62,802 nucleotides of DNA from Hydrolagus affinis (GCA_012026655.1 JAAILG010001708.1:1-62802), one strand, 5' to 3'. Positions 37,436 to 50,047 are shown, counted from the first letter of the stretch. Made by a program: numbers and translations. Notes: a model not told the origin generated them from the letters alone.

Positions 37436-38370
37436 AGGATTAGTTTGAATGAAGAAGGTCCTACGGTTCATCCAATTCCCCTGATAATTAATAAATTAAT
37501 TATCCTTGCATTTATTTGGTGCCCTTCAAGTCTGGAGATGGTCTGCAGAGCTTCACAAAGATATATTGCAAACTGGAATAACTGTGTGTATTGCGAGCTG
37601 GACCACAGTTTGTAACGTCTCATCCAAAGGACGATGCCTCCAACATTGCAGGAATTTTTTTGGAAAATATATATTCCTTTATAAATATATTGATGACATG
37701 AATCCCAAACCAAATACAAAAAAATAATCAGTACATCCCCAGTACTGCTTACACAGCTAAGGTGATGTGCGTTTCAAATCCCACAGTTGATTTAAACAAC
37801 AACAACAAAATTACAGTTTAATAGCACTTTTCATATCAATGACTGTTTGTGGGACACTGCTGTGGGAGGCTGAACAAACATGAATTCGATCAAAGTTAGT
37901 AGTGATTGGCCAGAATAATTCTGATCATAAACTCCTTTCCCCCTCCCCACATACAGTAGGTGTTGAATTGCAAGCAGAAGCAAACCCCCCCACCTCACCC
38001 CCCCTCCCCCCAACCCCCGCCCAACGAATCAAGCACCTTTTCTCCTGTTCCGAACAAGGAAATGTGAGGCTAACTGTGCATATCCATTGCCTCTCTTCCA
38101 ATTTGCATCAGGGAGCAAACCTGGCACCTTCCCGGCTTGTGTGACTCATTCCATCACCGTGTGGTTCACTCACGCACGTACCAAGGCTTGCAAGTCTTCA
38201 AACCTAAAAGTGAAGCCTGGAACATTAAACATATCCGCTTGACTAGCCATATAAAAATGACTGCAATGTTCCTGTTCACTGTCGTATATCAGTTCACTGC
38301 AGTAGAGTATCAGGCAATCCAGAATGTATTTTGTGTCAATGACCATACCTTTGGTCAGCCTCCTACCTTA

Positions 38371-38632
38371 TCCAGGCAGGTCAGGGCAAAACCTTGGGCA
38401 AGTTTTCTTACTGCACACACCTAATAATAATCCCTCCAAAAAACCCACAATAATAAAATTGTCATTTCAACCCATGACTGTTTGTGGGGGACGCTGCTGT
38501 GCGCATTGGCTGCAGCGTTTCTCCCATAAATATACAGTCAATTCACTTTACAGTATATTCTGTGAAGCGCTTTGAGACGTCGATAAGATGTGAAAAGCCG
38601 CTATATCAAATGCAAGGATTATTATATTATTA
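38371..38632 (+). mobile_element. 5'-truncated young SINE
   Basis: Starts at tccaggcaggtcagggcaaaacc and runs to the (ATT) tail. Confidence 0.9.
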
Positions 38633-39667
38633 CAGTATTACCCCTACCATCCCTGTCCTCTACCCCTCTTTAAGCTTGATAGGGTATGTTTGAATGGAGT
38701 CCTTGAGTTTAAAAGCATGGTTATAACATTCAGATACCCAACGGCAGCAGTAGCGGTGCAAAGCATATAAAACTATAGATAAAACAAAGGAAAATAATGT
38801 GCGTCTACAAAGAAGATGACCTGACACCAATGACCTGGCAAATGGGCTCCACCTACCAGTGGAAACTTCGGCAGAAACCAGTACAGCAACAATTTGGGGG
38901 AAGAGAAATGGAAAAGAAACGTAACCGGCAGCAAAGAGGAGGCTTTCTCCTGCAACACGCCACAGGTCTCCTGTATGCCACAGGAGGACACCTTGGGACG
39001 TCCTCCCGACATGAAAGGCGCTCTATACATGCAATTTTGTTGTTGCTGTTGTGGTAGATCTCCACAAAACTACCCGTACTCGTAGTGTGTCAGAAACTGT
39101 GAGCTTCTGCCAACTCTCCAGTCGTTCACACCCATCAAGTAAATTCAGTACATTCTATTCCAGTTTGTATCATTCAGACTTTTTTTTTAATAAACGATCT
39201 CAGTGCCAGTGGAGACAATAAACTTAATGTGGAAACATCATAGTCGGTTAACGTCAGCCACCTGAGTTTGCTCAAACTAGAAACTGATTTTGTTTTAAAT
39301 CTTTCTTGCGCCAGCTGGAAAGTCTTTACTCTAAGTCTAACTGGTCAGCGCATCGTAGCACATCAATCAAACTCCCGTGGTGAGAACTTCAGAGAATTGC
39401 TGAATTGCCTGGCAGGTTTCATTTCAGAAAGCTTCGCCTATAAGTTAGTTACTGAAAATTCATCAATTGTCATTCGTTCGACTCCAAAGCCCTATTCCAA
39501 TAATAATGTTTAACAAACTTTCTTTTATAGTACATTCAATAATTGTGGACTTAAGTGAGTTCCATCATTTTAAGTAACCTCTGTGATACGATACCTCTTA
39601 CCCTCTTTTCCCCCTTTCTCCCCTAACCCCACTTCTACGACTGTTTGTGGGACACTACTGTGCGCAG

Positions 39668-39940
39668 CTTGTAGAGCATCTTTCACCGTCAGGAGGACAT
39701 CCCAAGACGCTGAACAGTCAGTGGTCAGGACCTGAGCATCGGAATGGGAGGTGGGGGTGGGGGAGGGGGTTATCCCAGGGTTGGGATGAGGGAGGGCAGA
39801 GAGGTAGGAAGGCAGGTGAAGGCACGGTCGAAAAGGAGGGTCTTGAGATCAGCCTTGAAGGAGACAAGAAAGGGAACAAGGCCAAAGGATTGTGGGATGG
39901 GGGTGCAGAGAGGCTGAAAGCCCAGTCACCGATGGTAGCT
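39668..39940 (-). mobile_element. L2-clade LINE 3' end
   Basis: caggaggacatcccaagacgctgaacagtcag...ggcacggtcgaaaaggagggtcttgag. Confidence 0.82.
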
Positions 39941-40592
39941 CTCCCAAATTGCTCATTGTATGAGAAGATCTCTAGAAAAAAACTGATAATCCATAAGTAT
40001 CACACTTTGTTTACTCATAGATAGATGGGTCCATTCCGTCCCTGTCATTTGAATCGCTTTGAGACGTCTAAAAGATACGAAAAAGTGCTGTATCAAATGC
40101 AAGGATTATTATTGTTTATTATTATTATTATTATTTACCTATCCTTTTCCCATAACTCTGCAATTGAGTTGTTTTCAGGTATCTAGGTTACTAGATCCCT
40201 GCTAAAGCTGATATGCCTCAATCATCAAACCCTTTCCCCGCTGGGGTGGGGGGGAGGGGTGGGGGGGCGGTGGGGGTGGGATTGCTGCTTGTGTCACATC
40301 CTGGTGTCACAGCTACCAGCATTCTGTAACCGCAAGAGAAAACAAACATTTCAGCGGAAGTTCATTGCTGGCAAATCTCAAGTGTGGTTGTATTTAACCA
40401 GCAACACCGAAAGTCTCAACCTAAGTAAATATGAGCCTCAACCCAAGCTGAGATGCCTGGAAGGTGTGAAAAGCACGATATCAAATGCAAGGATTATTAT
40501 TATTATTATTAGATGATTTCTCAACATTTTAATGTTGACTTTGTGTCTTCATTAACCTCTGCGGATGAGAACAAGATTTTAGCAAAAGAGGA

Positions 40593-40734
40593 AACAACAA
40601 CATCAACAACAACAACAAAATGACACTTATAGAGCGTCTTTCACGTCAGGAGGACATCCCAAGGCGCTGAACAGTCAGGACGGGACCCAAGAAAGGGAGA
40701 GGGGCAGGGTAGGTGGGGAGGGGCGGGAGAGAGT
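40593..40734 (-). mobile_element. L2-clade LINE 3' tail
   Basis: (AAC)n followed by tttcacgtcaggaggacatcccaaggcgctgaacagtcagg. Confidence 0.88.
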
Positions 40735-41225
40735 GTGTGCCAGCTTGGTTCAGTGGTAGCTCTCTCGCCTCAGAAGGTCAGAAGGTTGTGGGTTCAACGC
40801 TGGATTCCACGTCGGGACTTAGAATCACATAGTCTAAGCTGACACTCCACTACAGTGCTGGGTGGGTGGATGGGTGTTGGCATTGACGAAGATTCCGTCC
40901 TTTGGATGAGACGCTAAATCGCCAACCCACCTGCCTGTTCAGATGGATGTTAAAGATCCCTTGGCACTGCTCAAAACGAGGAGAGAATTTCTCTCTCCCA
41001 TTGTTTTGGCCAAGAACCCTCCAAATAAAAGCTAAATTGACTCAGTCCATGGCTGTTTACCGGACACCACAGTGTGGAACTGGCTGCCATGTTTTACCTA
41101 TAAGATACATAAGGTCCATGCACTTTACAGTATATCCTATGAAGTGCTTTGAGATGTATATATATATATATCAAAAGCATGATAAAATATTAAATTAAAT
41201 GCAAGGCTTATTATTTTATTATTAT
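40735..41225 (+). mobile_element. Older full-length Deu-domain-type SINE
   Basis: Head ttggttcagtggtagc...ggttgtgggttcaa, central ggatgagacgctaaa...gatggatgttaaagatcccttggcac, 3' tail like that of the young SINE. Confidence 0.8.
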
Positions 41226-41899
41226 TATCTCCAATAGATGACAATAGCCATCAATAAGTATGTCAACCTTCTCTCCTCCGTGTAGTTACTGACACCAGCC
41301 ACCATTGTATTGGTAGTTTAACGACCTCTCCCAATAATGGCTTTTTGATATTTTTGTACGTTGTGGGAGAGGGAAGCGCCCCTGAAACTTGACATAATCC
41401 AACGAATTATAATAAATGCCGTTTGAGGTAAATAAAAGCACTCATGGCATTTTATGTTCACTGGCGTACGCCCAAAGGCATTAATTTTTTTTACAAGTAG
41501 CTGAATGAAGGCACAAGCAACCATTATTCTACTCTGACTTATCAAGGCACTAAGGAGGGTTTTGAGTTACAATTATTCTTAAATGCATTTGGTTCTTTCA
41601 TGACAACGGCTGATCTTGTGATCTAAACGGGGGCCTCGGAGGATACGATATCTGCTGGTTCTTTGCTAGACACGTAGTACTGTCTTAAAAATTATCTTAT
41701 TTTAAACAATTACAATCCAAAAATCCTTTCTAGAAAACATTCTGTGCCTTTTAAACTAGGGTGGCTGTCTCCATTCAGAAGAAACAATTCTCCCAGAGTC
41801 GCAAGCCATCATGAAAAAGGCTCCTGAATTATCAAGGAATAAAGAAATGGATTCTATGTAGAATTAGAGCAATTTTGACCAACAGCTTTGTAGTTAAAA

Positions 41900-42075
41900 A
41901 AAATAATTCAGTTACTCAATCCATGAATGTTTGTGGGACATTACTGTTTCACCCACAAAATATCTAATCAATTCACTCTACAGTATGTTCTGTGAAGCGA
42001 TTTGAGACGTCCCGAAGATATGATGAAGCGCTTTATTAAATATTAAATGCCAGGATTATATAAATGCAAGGATTT
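41900..42075 (+). mobile_element. SINE 3' fragment
   Basis: Consensus tail with local stutter. Confidence 0.8.
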
Positions 42076-42344
42076 TTAACATCACTAACATCTAGCTTAT
42101 TAGCTTCTGTCAGATGAAAATTAATCTTTATACATTAAACATCTGCCTTTTTACAGGTAGATAATAAAGAACCCTAACAACATCCCCCCAAAAAAATCCT
42201 CATTGCCTTTAAGACTGTTTGTGGTACCTTCCTTACTCTCCATCACAGATAGCGACTGGGTTTGCCTATAACTCCTTGCATTTGATATAGCGGCTTATCA
42301 CATTGTTGAGACTTCTCAAAGCGCTTTGCAGAATATATTGTCTA

Positions 42345-43125
42345 TTTGCATCAGCATCCACAGCTGCACACTCAATCTCACAAAGCCAGTCAGGAACCTG
42401 GTGTGTCTTGTTTGACCCTGAACTGTCCTTTCTCCCCCACATCCTTTCACCACCTGCATAACATTGCCAGACTCCGCCACCGCCTCACCCCTCAGGCTGC
42501 CGAAACCCTCACCCACGCATTCGTCACATCAAGGGCTCGACTACGGAAACTCCCTCCTCGTCAGCCTTCCCGGCTCTTTCCTTCACAAGCTGCAGATCAT
42601 CTAAACTCTGCAGCTCGTGTCCTCTCCCGCACCAGGCTTCGCGATCCCATCACTCCCACCCTCGCCTGGCTCCATTGGCTCCCCGTCCCCCAGAGGATCC
42701 AATTCAAGATCCTTGTCCTCACTTGCAAGGCCATTCCACGTCCTTGCCCCTTCCTACCTCGCCGACCTGATGACTCCTTACCAACCTCCCCGCCCCCTCC
42801 GTTCAGCGGGCTCCGGCCTGCTCCACCCGCCTGACCTGCCCGACCATCGGCGGCCGGGCTTTCAACCTCTCTCTGCCCCCCACACTCTGGAACTCCATCC
42901 CACAGTCCCTTGCCCTCACTTCCGCTCTTGCCTCCTTCAAGGCCGGTCTCAACAAACCTCCTCCGCCTCCCTCCCAACTCTCTCCCTACCCTCCCCACTC
43001 CCCCTTACCCCCCCTAATCTGCCCCATCCTCCATTCTTGGGTCCCCACCACCTGACTGTTCAGCGCCTTGGGGCGTCCTCCCGACCTGAAAGGCGCACTT
43101 TATAAATGTAATTGTATTGTTTTGT
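42345..43125 (+). mobile_element. L2-clade LINE 3' ~780 bp (frameshifted)
   Basis: ORF 42346-42834: FHHLHNIARLRHRLTPQAAETLTHAFVTSR...NSAARVLSRTRLRDPITPTLAWLHWLPVPQRIQFKILVL; intact 3' tail. Confidence 0.93.
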
Positions 43126-44599
43126 TTCAGATTTAACCCTCAGGCCCTAACGCGTCGACTCGTTCATTTTTAAAAAAAAATTGAACACAGGAAAAAAAAA
43201 CTGCAAAAAATACAAAATACGGATACATATCCTTAGATCTTTTTTTGTGGGGGGGGATGTTTTGTTATATCCTTCAGCATAATGTCATTTCAATCCTCTC
43301 TTGTAAAAGTCAGGCCTTGCCCTCAGAGAATGTTATCGCAGTCGATTTGCGTACCAGAGTTTCACTGTTACACTTCTCTCTATGGGGGTTTGTTGTTGTG
43401 CGCTGGTTTCGTGCTCGACAAACTGACATTTAATTGGCTGAATGAATCAAATCCAAAAAAAACACGCGTGATTTACAATTAGGAATTAATACACTTTCAG
43501 GTCATGTTAAACACCCGAGTTTGTTTCATTATCCACGTTGAAATAGTTTGTCATCAGAAACATATCCTCCGGGTCGTGTCAGCAGACTGACTCTATACAA
43601 TGCACGTGTTAAAGGCCAGCTCCTCAACCTCAAAGCTTTGAATATTTCATCACTTACATATCGCCTATCACAGATTTAATTTCCTTTTGCATCAGGGTAA
43701 CGCTGAACAGCTGCAAACGAAAGCTACTCCAGTCTGATTATCACAGCAAAGCCTCTACTCTCCCTCCCTCCCTCTCCCCACCCACCAACCCCCTCCCACC
43801 CCCGCCGCCACCCCCTCCCTCCCTCACACACCCCAGCCTGTTCCCCTCAATCACCACTGCCTCCAGAACGCCTGGCTTTTGTCAGACTGTTCTTGGAGAA
43901 AGAACTACAGACAAAATAACGTCTGTGCTGCAGACTTCATCCTTCAATATGGGGAGTGGGTAGGGGGGAGGCGGGGAGCGTGCAACTGGGTGGGGGGGCG
44001 GGGGTGGGGGTGTGGGGAGGGGGAAGGCACCTAAGCGGTTCTTCAGGCCGAGCAAGGGCAGAATTCAAGGTTACAAAAGCATTATTACAGCTTTACATCC
44101 GTCTGCTTCAGTTTAACCAGGTGCAAAGGCTACAGGCGAAGAGGAAGTAACCCTTTGAAGGCTCGCTGGAACAACTGTGCGCTGGACTTGCTTTACGTAT
44201 TTTAAAGCGGGCTCGGTTTTTGGTGGGGGAGCAGCTGCGGGAGAGGAGTAAAAAGTGGGGGGGGGTGGGGTGGGGAGCAGGTGTAATTCATAAGGGTGAA
44301 TATGGCAGACACATGCTGGCCGGGCTCTCGCTCCCCACAGGTGATTTCTTACAGAAAAGGGTATTTATTTATGGAGCTTTATCACATAGTTCAGCCCCCG
44401 CTCAGCGTCACGTTCATGCCTCTGCGGTTAATGAGCGATCGCCCTGGACAGTAACTGGATGTGCATCACACTCCCCACGGAACCAGGTGTATTGGGTGTT
44501 GGAGCAGAGATCCGGCTGGTCAGGTAGATGCCTCCTCTACCCCCCACCCCTCCACCACTCCCTCAACCACAATTATTGGCAGGAGTCTCTGGTTGCAAC

Positions 44600-44810
44600 T
44601 TCCTTTAATGAATATAAATAGTTCTGTACCCATTGCCTCTGCGGTCAGGCCTTCACACTCTCTGCACACGTTCTTTCGACCTCCATCAACACAGTCCCTT
44701 CAAGTCCCTTCGGTCCCTCCTTTGCCTCCTTCAAGGCCTATCTCAACGCCCTCCTCGCTAAGGGTCACCCTCCTACCCACATCCTCCCGTCCCATCCACC
44801 CCTCCTGATG
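44600..44810 (+). mobile_element. Decayed L2 3' fragment
   Basis: acagtccctt...cctccttcaaggcctatctcaacgccctcctc. Confidence 0.6.
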
Positions 44811-44837
44811 CTAACCCCCAGCTCAGCAACACACCAT

Positions 44838-45040
44838 GGAGCCCTGTAGCTCAGTGATTAGAGCACTCGCCTCACAAGGGTTTCAAAGCCTCGCCCTCTC
44901 CCGAGCGTCCTTCAAGTCCCTTCCTCTCTTCGATGATTCCATCGGTCACCCCACCCCCTCTAAAACACTGACTATCCAGCGGCTTGGGGCATCCTCCCAA
45001 TGTGAAAGGTGCCGTACAAATGTAATTTTGTTGTTGTTGC
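44838..45040 (+). mobile_element. Chimera: SINE tRNA head joined to an L2 3' tail
   Basis: ggagccctgtagctcagtgattagagcactcgcc runs into tccttcaagtcccttcctctcttcga...tgtgaaaggtgccgtacaaatgtaattttgttgttgtt. Confidence 0.7.
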
Positions 45041-45059
45041 CAGTGGACATAATCCTTAA

Positions 45060-45203
45060 CAAAACACAAAATACGACAGATGCTGGGAATCTGAAACAAA
45101 AACAGAAGTTGCTGGGGAAACTCAGCAGGTCAGGCAGCATCCATGGAGAGAGGAAAAAGAGTCAACGTTTCGGGTCTACAACCCTTCGTCAGAACTGAGA
45201 TAC
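45060..45203 (-). mobile_element. Penelope-type terminal-repeat fragment (monomer) with TSD
   Basis: Near-identical to the reverse complement of 62516-62652; flanked by aatccttaa (45051-45059 and 45204-45212). Confidence 0.85.
45160..45196 (-). ncRNA. Minimal type I hammerhead ribozyme motif
   Basis: Minus strand AGUU-CUGACGA-A-GGGU uguag ACCC-GAAA-CGUU-GACU: both catalytic boxes, 4-bp helix II, 4-bp helix I (AGUU/GACU), and palindromic AACGUU in place of helix III. Confidence 0.65.
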
Positions 45204-45975
45204 AATCCTTAAAATACTTGTGTGGTAATCAAACAAGATCACACCACACACAATCTCAAGACTCGCCCATTTTTGTTGTGGAATGCTCTATAGAACCTAA
45301 AATTTCACCTATTCCTTCCATTCTTAAAAATTTCAGGTGAGGCTGAAAGATGGCAAATTCTTCAATCCAATTCTAATTTTGAATCCAGTTCATTTTAAGA
45401 ACTGTAAAAAGGTGGGAATTATAAGTTTACACTCTCAACAATGTAAGCACAACAGAAGAGACTGAGTGATGCAGGTTTGGCTGATACTTGAGTTATCTTA
45501 TACAATAAATGATACACGAGTACATATGTTCCTATTGCAGTAGAGTAACAGCAGGAGAAGTATATATTGGCTACATCCTGTGAAACCCTTTGAGATGCCC
45601 TCCCAATATGAAATACATTACAGTATACTAAATATAATTATTATTTCTTTCCCCTAGTTCTAAACTCTACTGCTCTCTCATCAATCACACGCATTGGAAG
45701 AAAAAGGCGAGATTGGAGAAGCATTTAGAAATAATAATAATCCTCACAACTGATGTAATCACTTTAGACCATCAAGAGATGAGCTGATTAGATTTTGATT
45801 GTGTTGTGCTTAGATTAATGCAAAACGGAGCCAAATCTTCAAGGGAGAGAGAGAGAGAGAGAGTCACCATCCAAACTCCTCCGATAACATCAAAATCAAC
45901 AACAGAAGTAAAAGCTGGCTTAATTCCAAGCTTCTTCAGTTTAGGTTTGGATTGCTCATGATAAAGGAGCATTAA

Positions 45976-46091
45976 ACGTTTCGCCCACAAATATACACAG
46001 TCAATCACTTTACAGTATATTCTGTGAAGCGCTTTCGAGATGTCTAGAAGACATGAAAAGCGCTATAGCAAACGCAAGGATTATCATTATT
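45976..46091 (+). mobile_element. Young SINE 3' fragment
   Basis: cgtttcgcccacaaatat...gcaaggattatcattat. Confidence 0.88.
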
Positions 46092-46183
46092 AAAACCGTT
46101 TACAAAGAGAATCTGTGTCTGAACTGTTTGAGCTAATCAAATTCTTGTGATAAGGACATGGAAATCCATCACTTGACCTGGAG

Positions 46184-46340
46184 TAATAATAATTCTTGTA
46201 TTTGAAATAACACTTCTCACATCTTCTAGACATCTTAAAGCGCTTCACAGAATAGATGTAAAGAGAATTGACTGTATATTTGTGGGCGAAACGCGGCAGC
46301 CAATTGCGCACAGCAGCGTCCCCCCACAAACTGTCGTTTG
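46184..46340 (-). mobile_element. Young SINE 3' fragment
   Basis: Reverse consensus tail; sits tail-to-tail with the previous copy. Confidence 0.88.
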
Positions 46341-46478
46341 TGAACGTATAAGGTAAATGTTACAGTTTTCATAGGAACACTTCCCAAAGTAAATGTGGCT
46401 TGTTTATAAATGTGGGTGATTAGTGTCATAAAGAGTGTTAGCATATGTTCAGAAGAATTTGAATTATCCATTTATTGC

Positions 46479-46503
46479 AACACACACACACACACACACA
46501 CAC
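46479..46503. repeat. (AC)n microsatellite
   Basis: Direct reading. Confidence 0.9.
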
Positions 46504-46842
46504 GTATATGTAACCTCGGTGTGGTGAGTAGCGTTGCCTGTAGTTTAGTATACTGGAGGTGTAGTTGAGATGTCATCCATACTACCTCATATAAAGGGAT
46601 TTAGATAAAAAATCCAAGAAGAATAAATATACTGTAGAAGTGCATGGGAGAAAGCAGTATATTGAGACTAAGATGTGGAGGGGTGGACACCCAAACCACT
46701 TGATAATTGAAGATATCGAACCGACACAATACGCTTTTCATATAACTCTCACTGGTGATCACTATCACATCAACAGTTTCATTTTTTTTTGCCACCCAGC
46801 AAAGGTGAAGCAGACTATGATGGAGCTGAAGTATATCATGCG

Positions 46843-47156
46843 GAGTCCCATAGCTCAGTGGTTTGAGCACCTGCCTCGCAAGTGAGAGACATGGGTTCGA
46901 TTCCCTGCAGCGCAAAACCTTGGGCAAGTTTCCTTACTCCACACGCCTGATAATAATCCCTCAACAAAAAAACAATAATAAATTGATCACTCATTCCACG
47001 GCTGTTTGTGGGGGACGCTGCTGTGCGCAATTGGCTGCCCCGTTTCGCCCACAAATATACAGTCAATTCACTTTACAGTATATTCTGTGAGGAGCTTTGA
47101 GATGCCTAGGAGACGTGAAAGGCGCTATATCAAATGTAAGGATTATTATTATTATT
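46843..47156 (+). mobile_element. Full-length young SINE
   Basis: A box tagctcagtggt, B box gggttcgattccc, consensus body, (ATT)n. Confidence 0.93.
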
Positions 47157-47239
47157 TTTGGGGTGGTGGGTGGGGGGGGTGGAGGAAGAACCAGTACATT
47201 TCGTATTGCTTCTGACCTGCTCCTCCCATGACTTTGCGC

Positions 47240-47520
47240 TACTGACACACGGTAGAATGGTGCAGGTTTTTTTATGAGCTGGCTGACCTCAGTGCATCAG
47301 TGGTAGTGCTGGAATTAACTAGCAGCTCTGTGCTAGGGAGGGAGAGGGGGGTTGGGGGGAGTGGAATCAACCAGTGACCTTGCCAGGACATGTGTGGAGA
47401 TTGAGAGCGAGCCAGTTTGGCCTTCGCTATGATTTGCTTCTCCCACTCCAGCACTCAAACAGCAGTGACAACACCCACTTTCCAGTCTCGCACATGAATA
47501 ATCGACATTTAGGAAGCGAG
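47240..47520 (+). mobile_element. Ancient SINE-like repeat (third family)
   Basis: gagctggctgacctcag...gctagggaggg...ccagtgaccttgccagg...cacatgaataat; shares blocks with the reverse of 19850-20080. Confidence 0.45.
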
Positions 47521-47550
47521 GGAGGAATCAGGAGTCACTGTCTTCAGGGG

Positions 47551-47576
47551 GGAGAGAGAGAGAGAGAGAGAGAGAG
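47551..47576. repeat. (GA)n microsatellite
   Basis: Direct reading. Confidence 0.9.
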
Positions 47577-47892
47577 TACGAAATAATAAACAAAAAGGGA
47601 GATGGTTATTTTAATCCTTACGTTGCAGCCCGGTAAACGGCAATACCACGTAGGCAAAAACAAATCTGGTGACAGGTACTTGAGTATTAAAGGGTACACG
47701 GGGTCAGTCTGCGAGGTGTTAAAGGAGGAAGAACATTTGAAGTGATTCACATCCCAGGAGGTGAAAATGCTTGTAAAGACGTCCACAGGCTGTTGTCACC
47801 TAAACCTGACACTTGGGCACCGATTGAGTCATCTGAGTGGGAGAAGAGGCTATAAAGGCAATAGGAGAGAGATACAGTGAAGCTGCTGCCTG

Positions 47893-47992
47893 ATGTGTGC
47901 GTGTGCGCTTATGTGTGTGCATGTGTGTACTTGCGGTGTGTGTGTGCGTGTGTGTGATGTGTACATGTGTGTTTGTGGTGTGCATTTGTGGA
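47893..47992. repeat. Degenerate (GT)n tract
   Basis: Direct reading. Confidence 0.85.
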
Positions 47993-48074
47993 TGTATCCA
48001 AACACTCTCAACATGTGAGAGGGTTGCACTCCAGTAGATCTAACCATTCCCTGTGGTATTCAGTCATCTGTTGC

Positions 48075-48400
48075 TTAACCCTCGTGCGTGCGTTTGTCAC
48101 CCCCAGCCTGGATTACTCAGACTTACTCCTCGCCCTGATCCCCAGCTTCCACTATTCAAAAACAAATCCAGCTTATTCACAACTCTGCTGCCCCACGTAC
48201 CTTGACTCCCAGACCAAACTTCGTACCCCCTATTCTCACCGGTTCCGGCCAGGCTCCCCATCACCGAACAGACTTCAAGATCCTCACACTCGTGTTCGAA
48301 TCCCTTTCACTTCCTGGAAGCTCCCCCTACCTCTCCTCACTTGCCCCAGCTCAGCTCAGAATCAGGCTCCGCCATTGTTAAGCTCTCTGAGGCGCAGTCC
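48075..48400 (+). mobile_element. Decayed L2 ORF2 fragment
   Basis: TLVRAFVTPSLDYSDLLL motif in ORF 47967-48491. Confidence 0.72.
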
Positions 48401-48820
48401 TGCATTCCCCGGCGCAGGACCTTGCAATGTTACCATTCTCTCTTGCTCCGTTTGCACCCAGATCCCATTTCAGTTTGCATTTGAAATCTAAATCGTCAGT
48501 ATTCTCTTGGACAGATCCTTTGTTCTCATCCCACCCACCCCCTACACTTCTAACATACCTTTTAATTAAATTTACAACCCAAGTATCTGTGCATCTCCCT
48601 TTAAAACATGTACCGGCAGATCCAACCACTTTCAAAGTTGAAACACCCCATAAATTTAAGGTGCCAAATCATGAAGTGTGGAGTGTAGAGCTATCAAAGC
48701 TTAACAGTTTATTCTAAGGAAACAAAAAGATCAGAGAAGAGGCAACGAGCATTCCACATCCAATTCAGTGAGACTCTGCCGCGATCTCTGAAATGGTTCA
48801 GTGAGCTACAGACACAATAT

Positions 48821-48995
48821 AATAATAATAATAATAATCCCTGCATTTGATATTGTGCTTTTCACGTCTTCTAGACGTCTCAAAGCGCTTCACAGAATAC
48901 ACTGTAAAGTGAACTGACCGTATATTTGTGGGCAAAACGCGGCAGCCAATTGCGCACAGCAGTGTTCCCCCCCACAAACAGTCGCGGATTGAGAT
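48821..48995 (-). mobile_element. 5'-truncated young SINE
   Basis: (AAT)n followed by the reverse consensus tail. Confidence 0.9.
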
Positions 48996-50047
48996 GGGCT
49001 GAATGGCCTTCTGATATGCTGTAAATTCCCCCCACCCCCCCCTCCCTAATTCATATGATAGCAGCCACTTCCATCTAGCAATAGAGGTGGTGGAGGAGGA
49101 GGGTGGGGGGGGGGCGTTGGAAAAGGCTCATGTAAATGAGCGTTCCCCCCTGTCTCATTGAGAGGCCACGCTCTATTCTAACATACCAAAGTCAATATGC
49201 CATTTGCTTCTAGTTATGTGTTTTCTTGCCTTCTTATCTGTGATTGCGAATGATAGGATGTAAGGAACCTTTGCGTTCTCTCTAAAGTAGAATTGAGGTG
49301 GGCAACCCACAGGGCGTTCTTATTGAAACCTGTTGTTATACATTTCCTCTTCATTTCGATTATTATTTTGTCATTACACCAAAAGAATTTATACTCGCTT
49401 TTGCTCAATGCCTTACATTTACTTCCCTTGGTCCAAAACTCTGCCTGTAATACTCCCAAGGGTTAGAGCTCTGTCAGATTGAATTTGTTTTACATGTAAT
49501 TCGTCTACGAATGCACGCACTCACACACACACAAGGTCATATTGACTGCACAGAAAGGAAATAAAACACAGGATTACTGGGTCAAATTTTCGGTATTGTT
49601 TGACAGCATTCCCACTGGAATTCATGTTGATATTACAATTCTTCCTGGTTCGTCTCTGCAAATAGTTCGTACGGAGTTCAAATTGGTCACCAACACACTT
49701 CAGGTTACAATAGGCAAGATCAGGATTCCTAATCTGCAAATCTTGCAAAAGTGGTTTGTAAGCAGCGAATCCCGGCTGGGCACCAGATACCTGTTTTGCA
49801 CTCTTCTTTAGACCTCACCCAGTCTCAAGGTTTGACTTCTAGGATTGTCGCCAAAGGGGGAACCCCTGAGATCCAGGAGCGGATCAGCATCTGAGCAAAC
49901 AGGACCCCAGGTTTCACGAGTAGAATTTCAATGCGCTAAGCCTCACCTCCTTCACTCCGATGTGGGATTTGTGATCAAAGCACTGTATTTGGATAAAAAC
50001 CTGCTGGCGTAAGTAGCAAACAGAACGCAGGTGGCTCCCAGATACGT

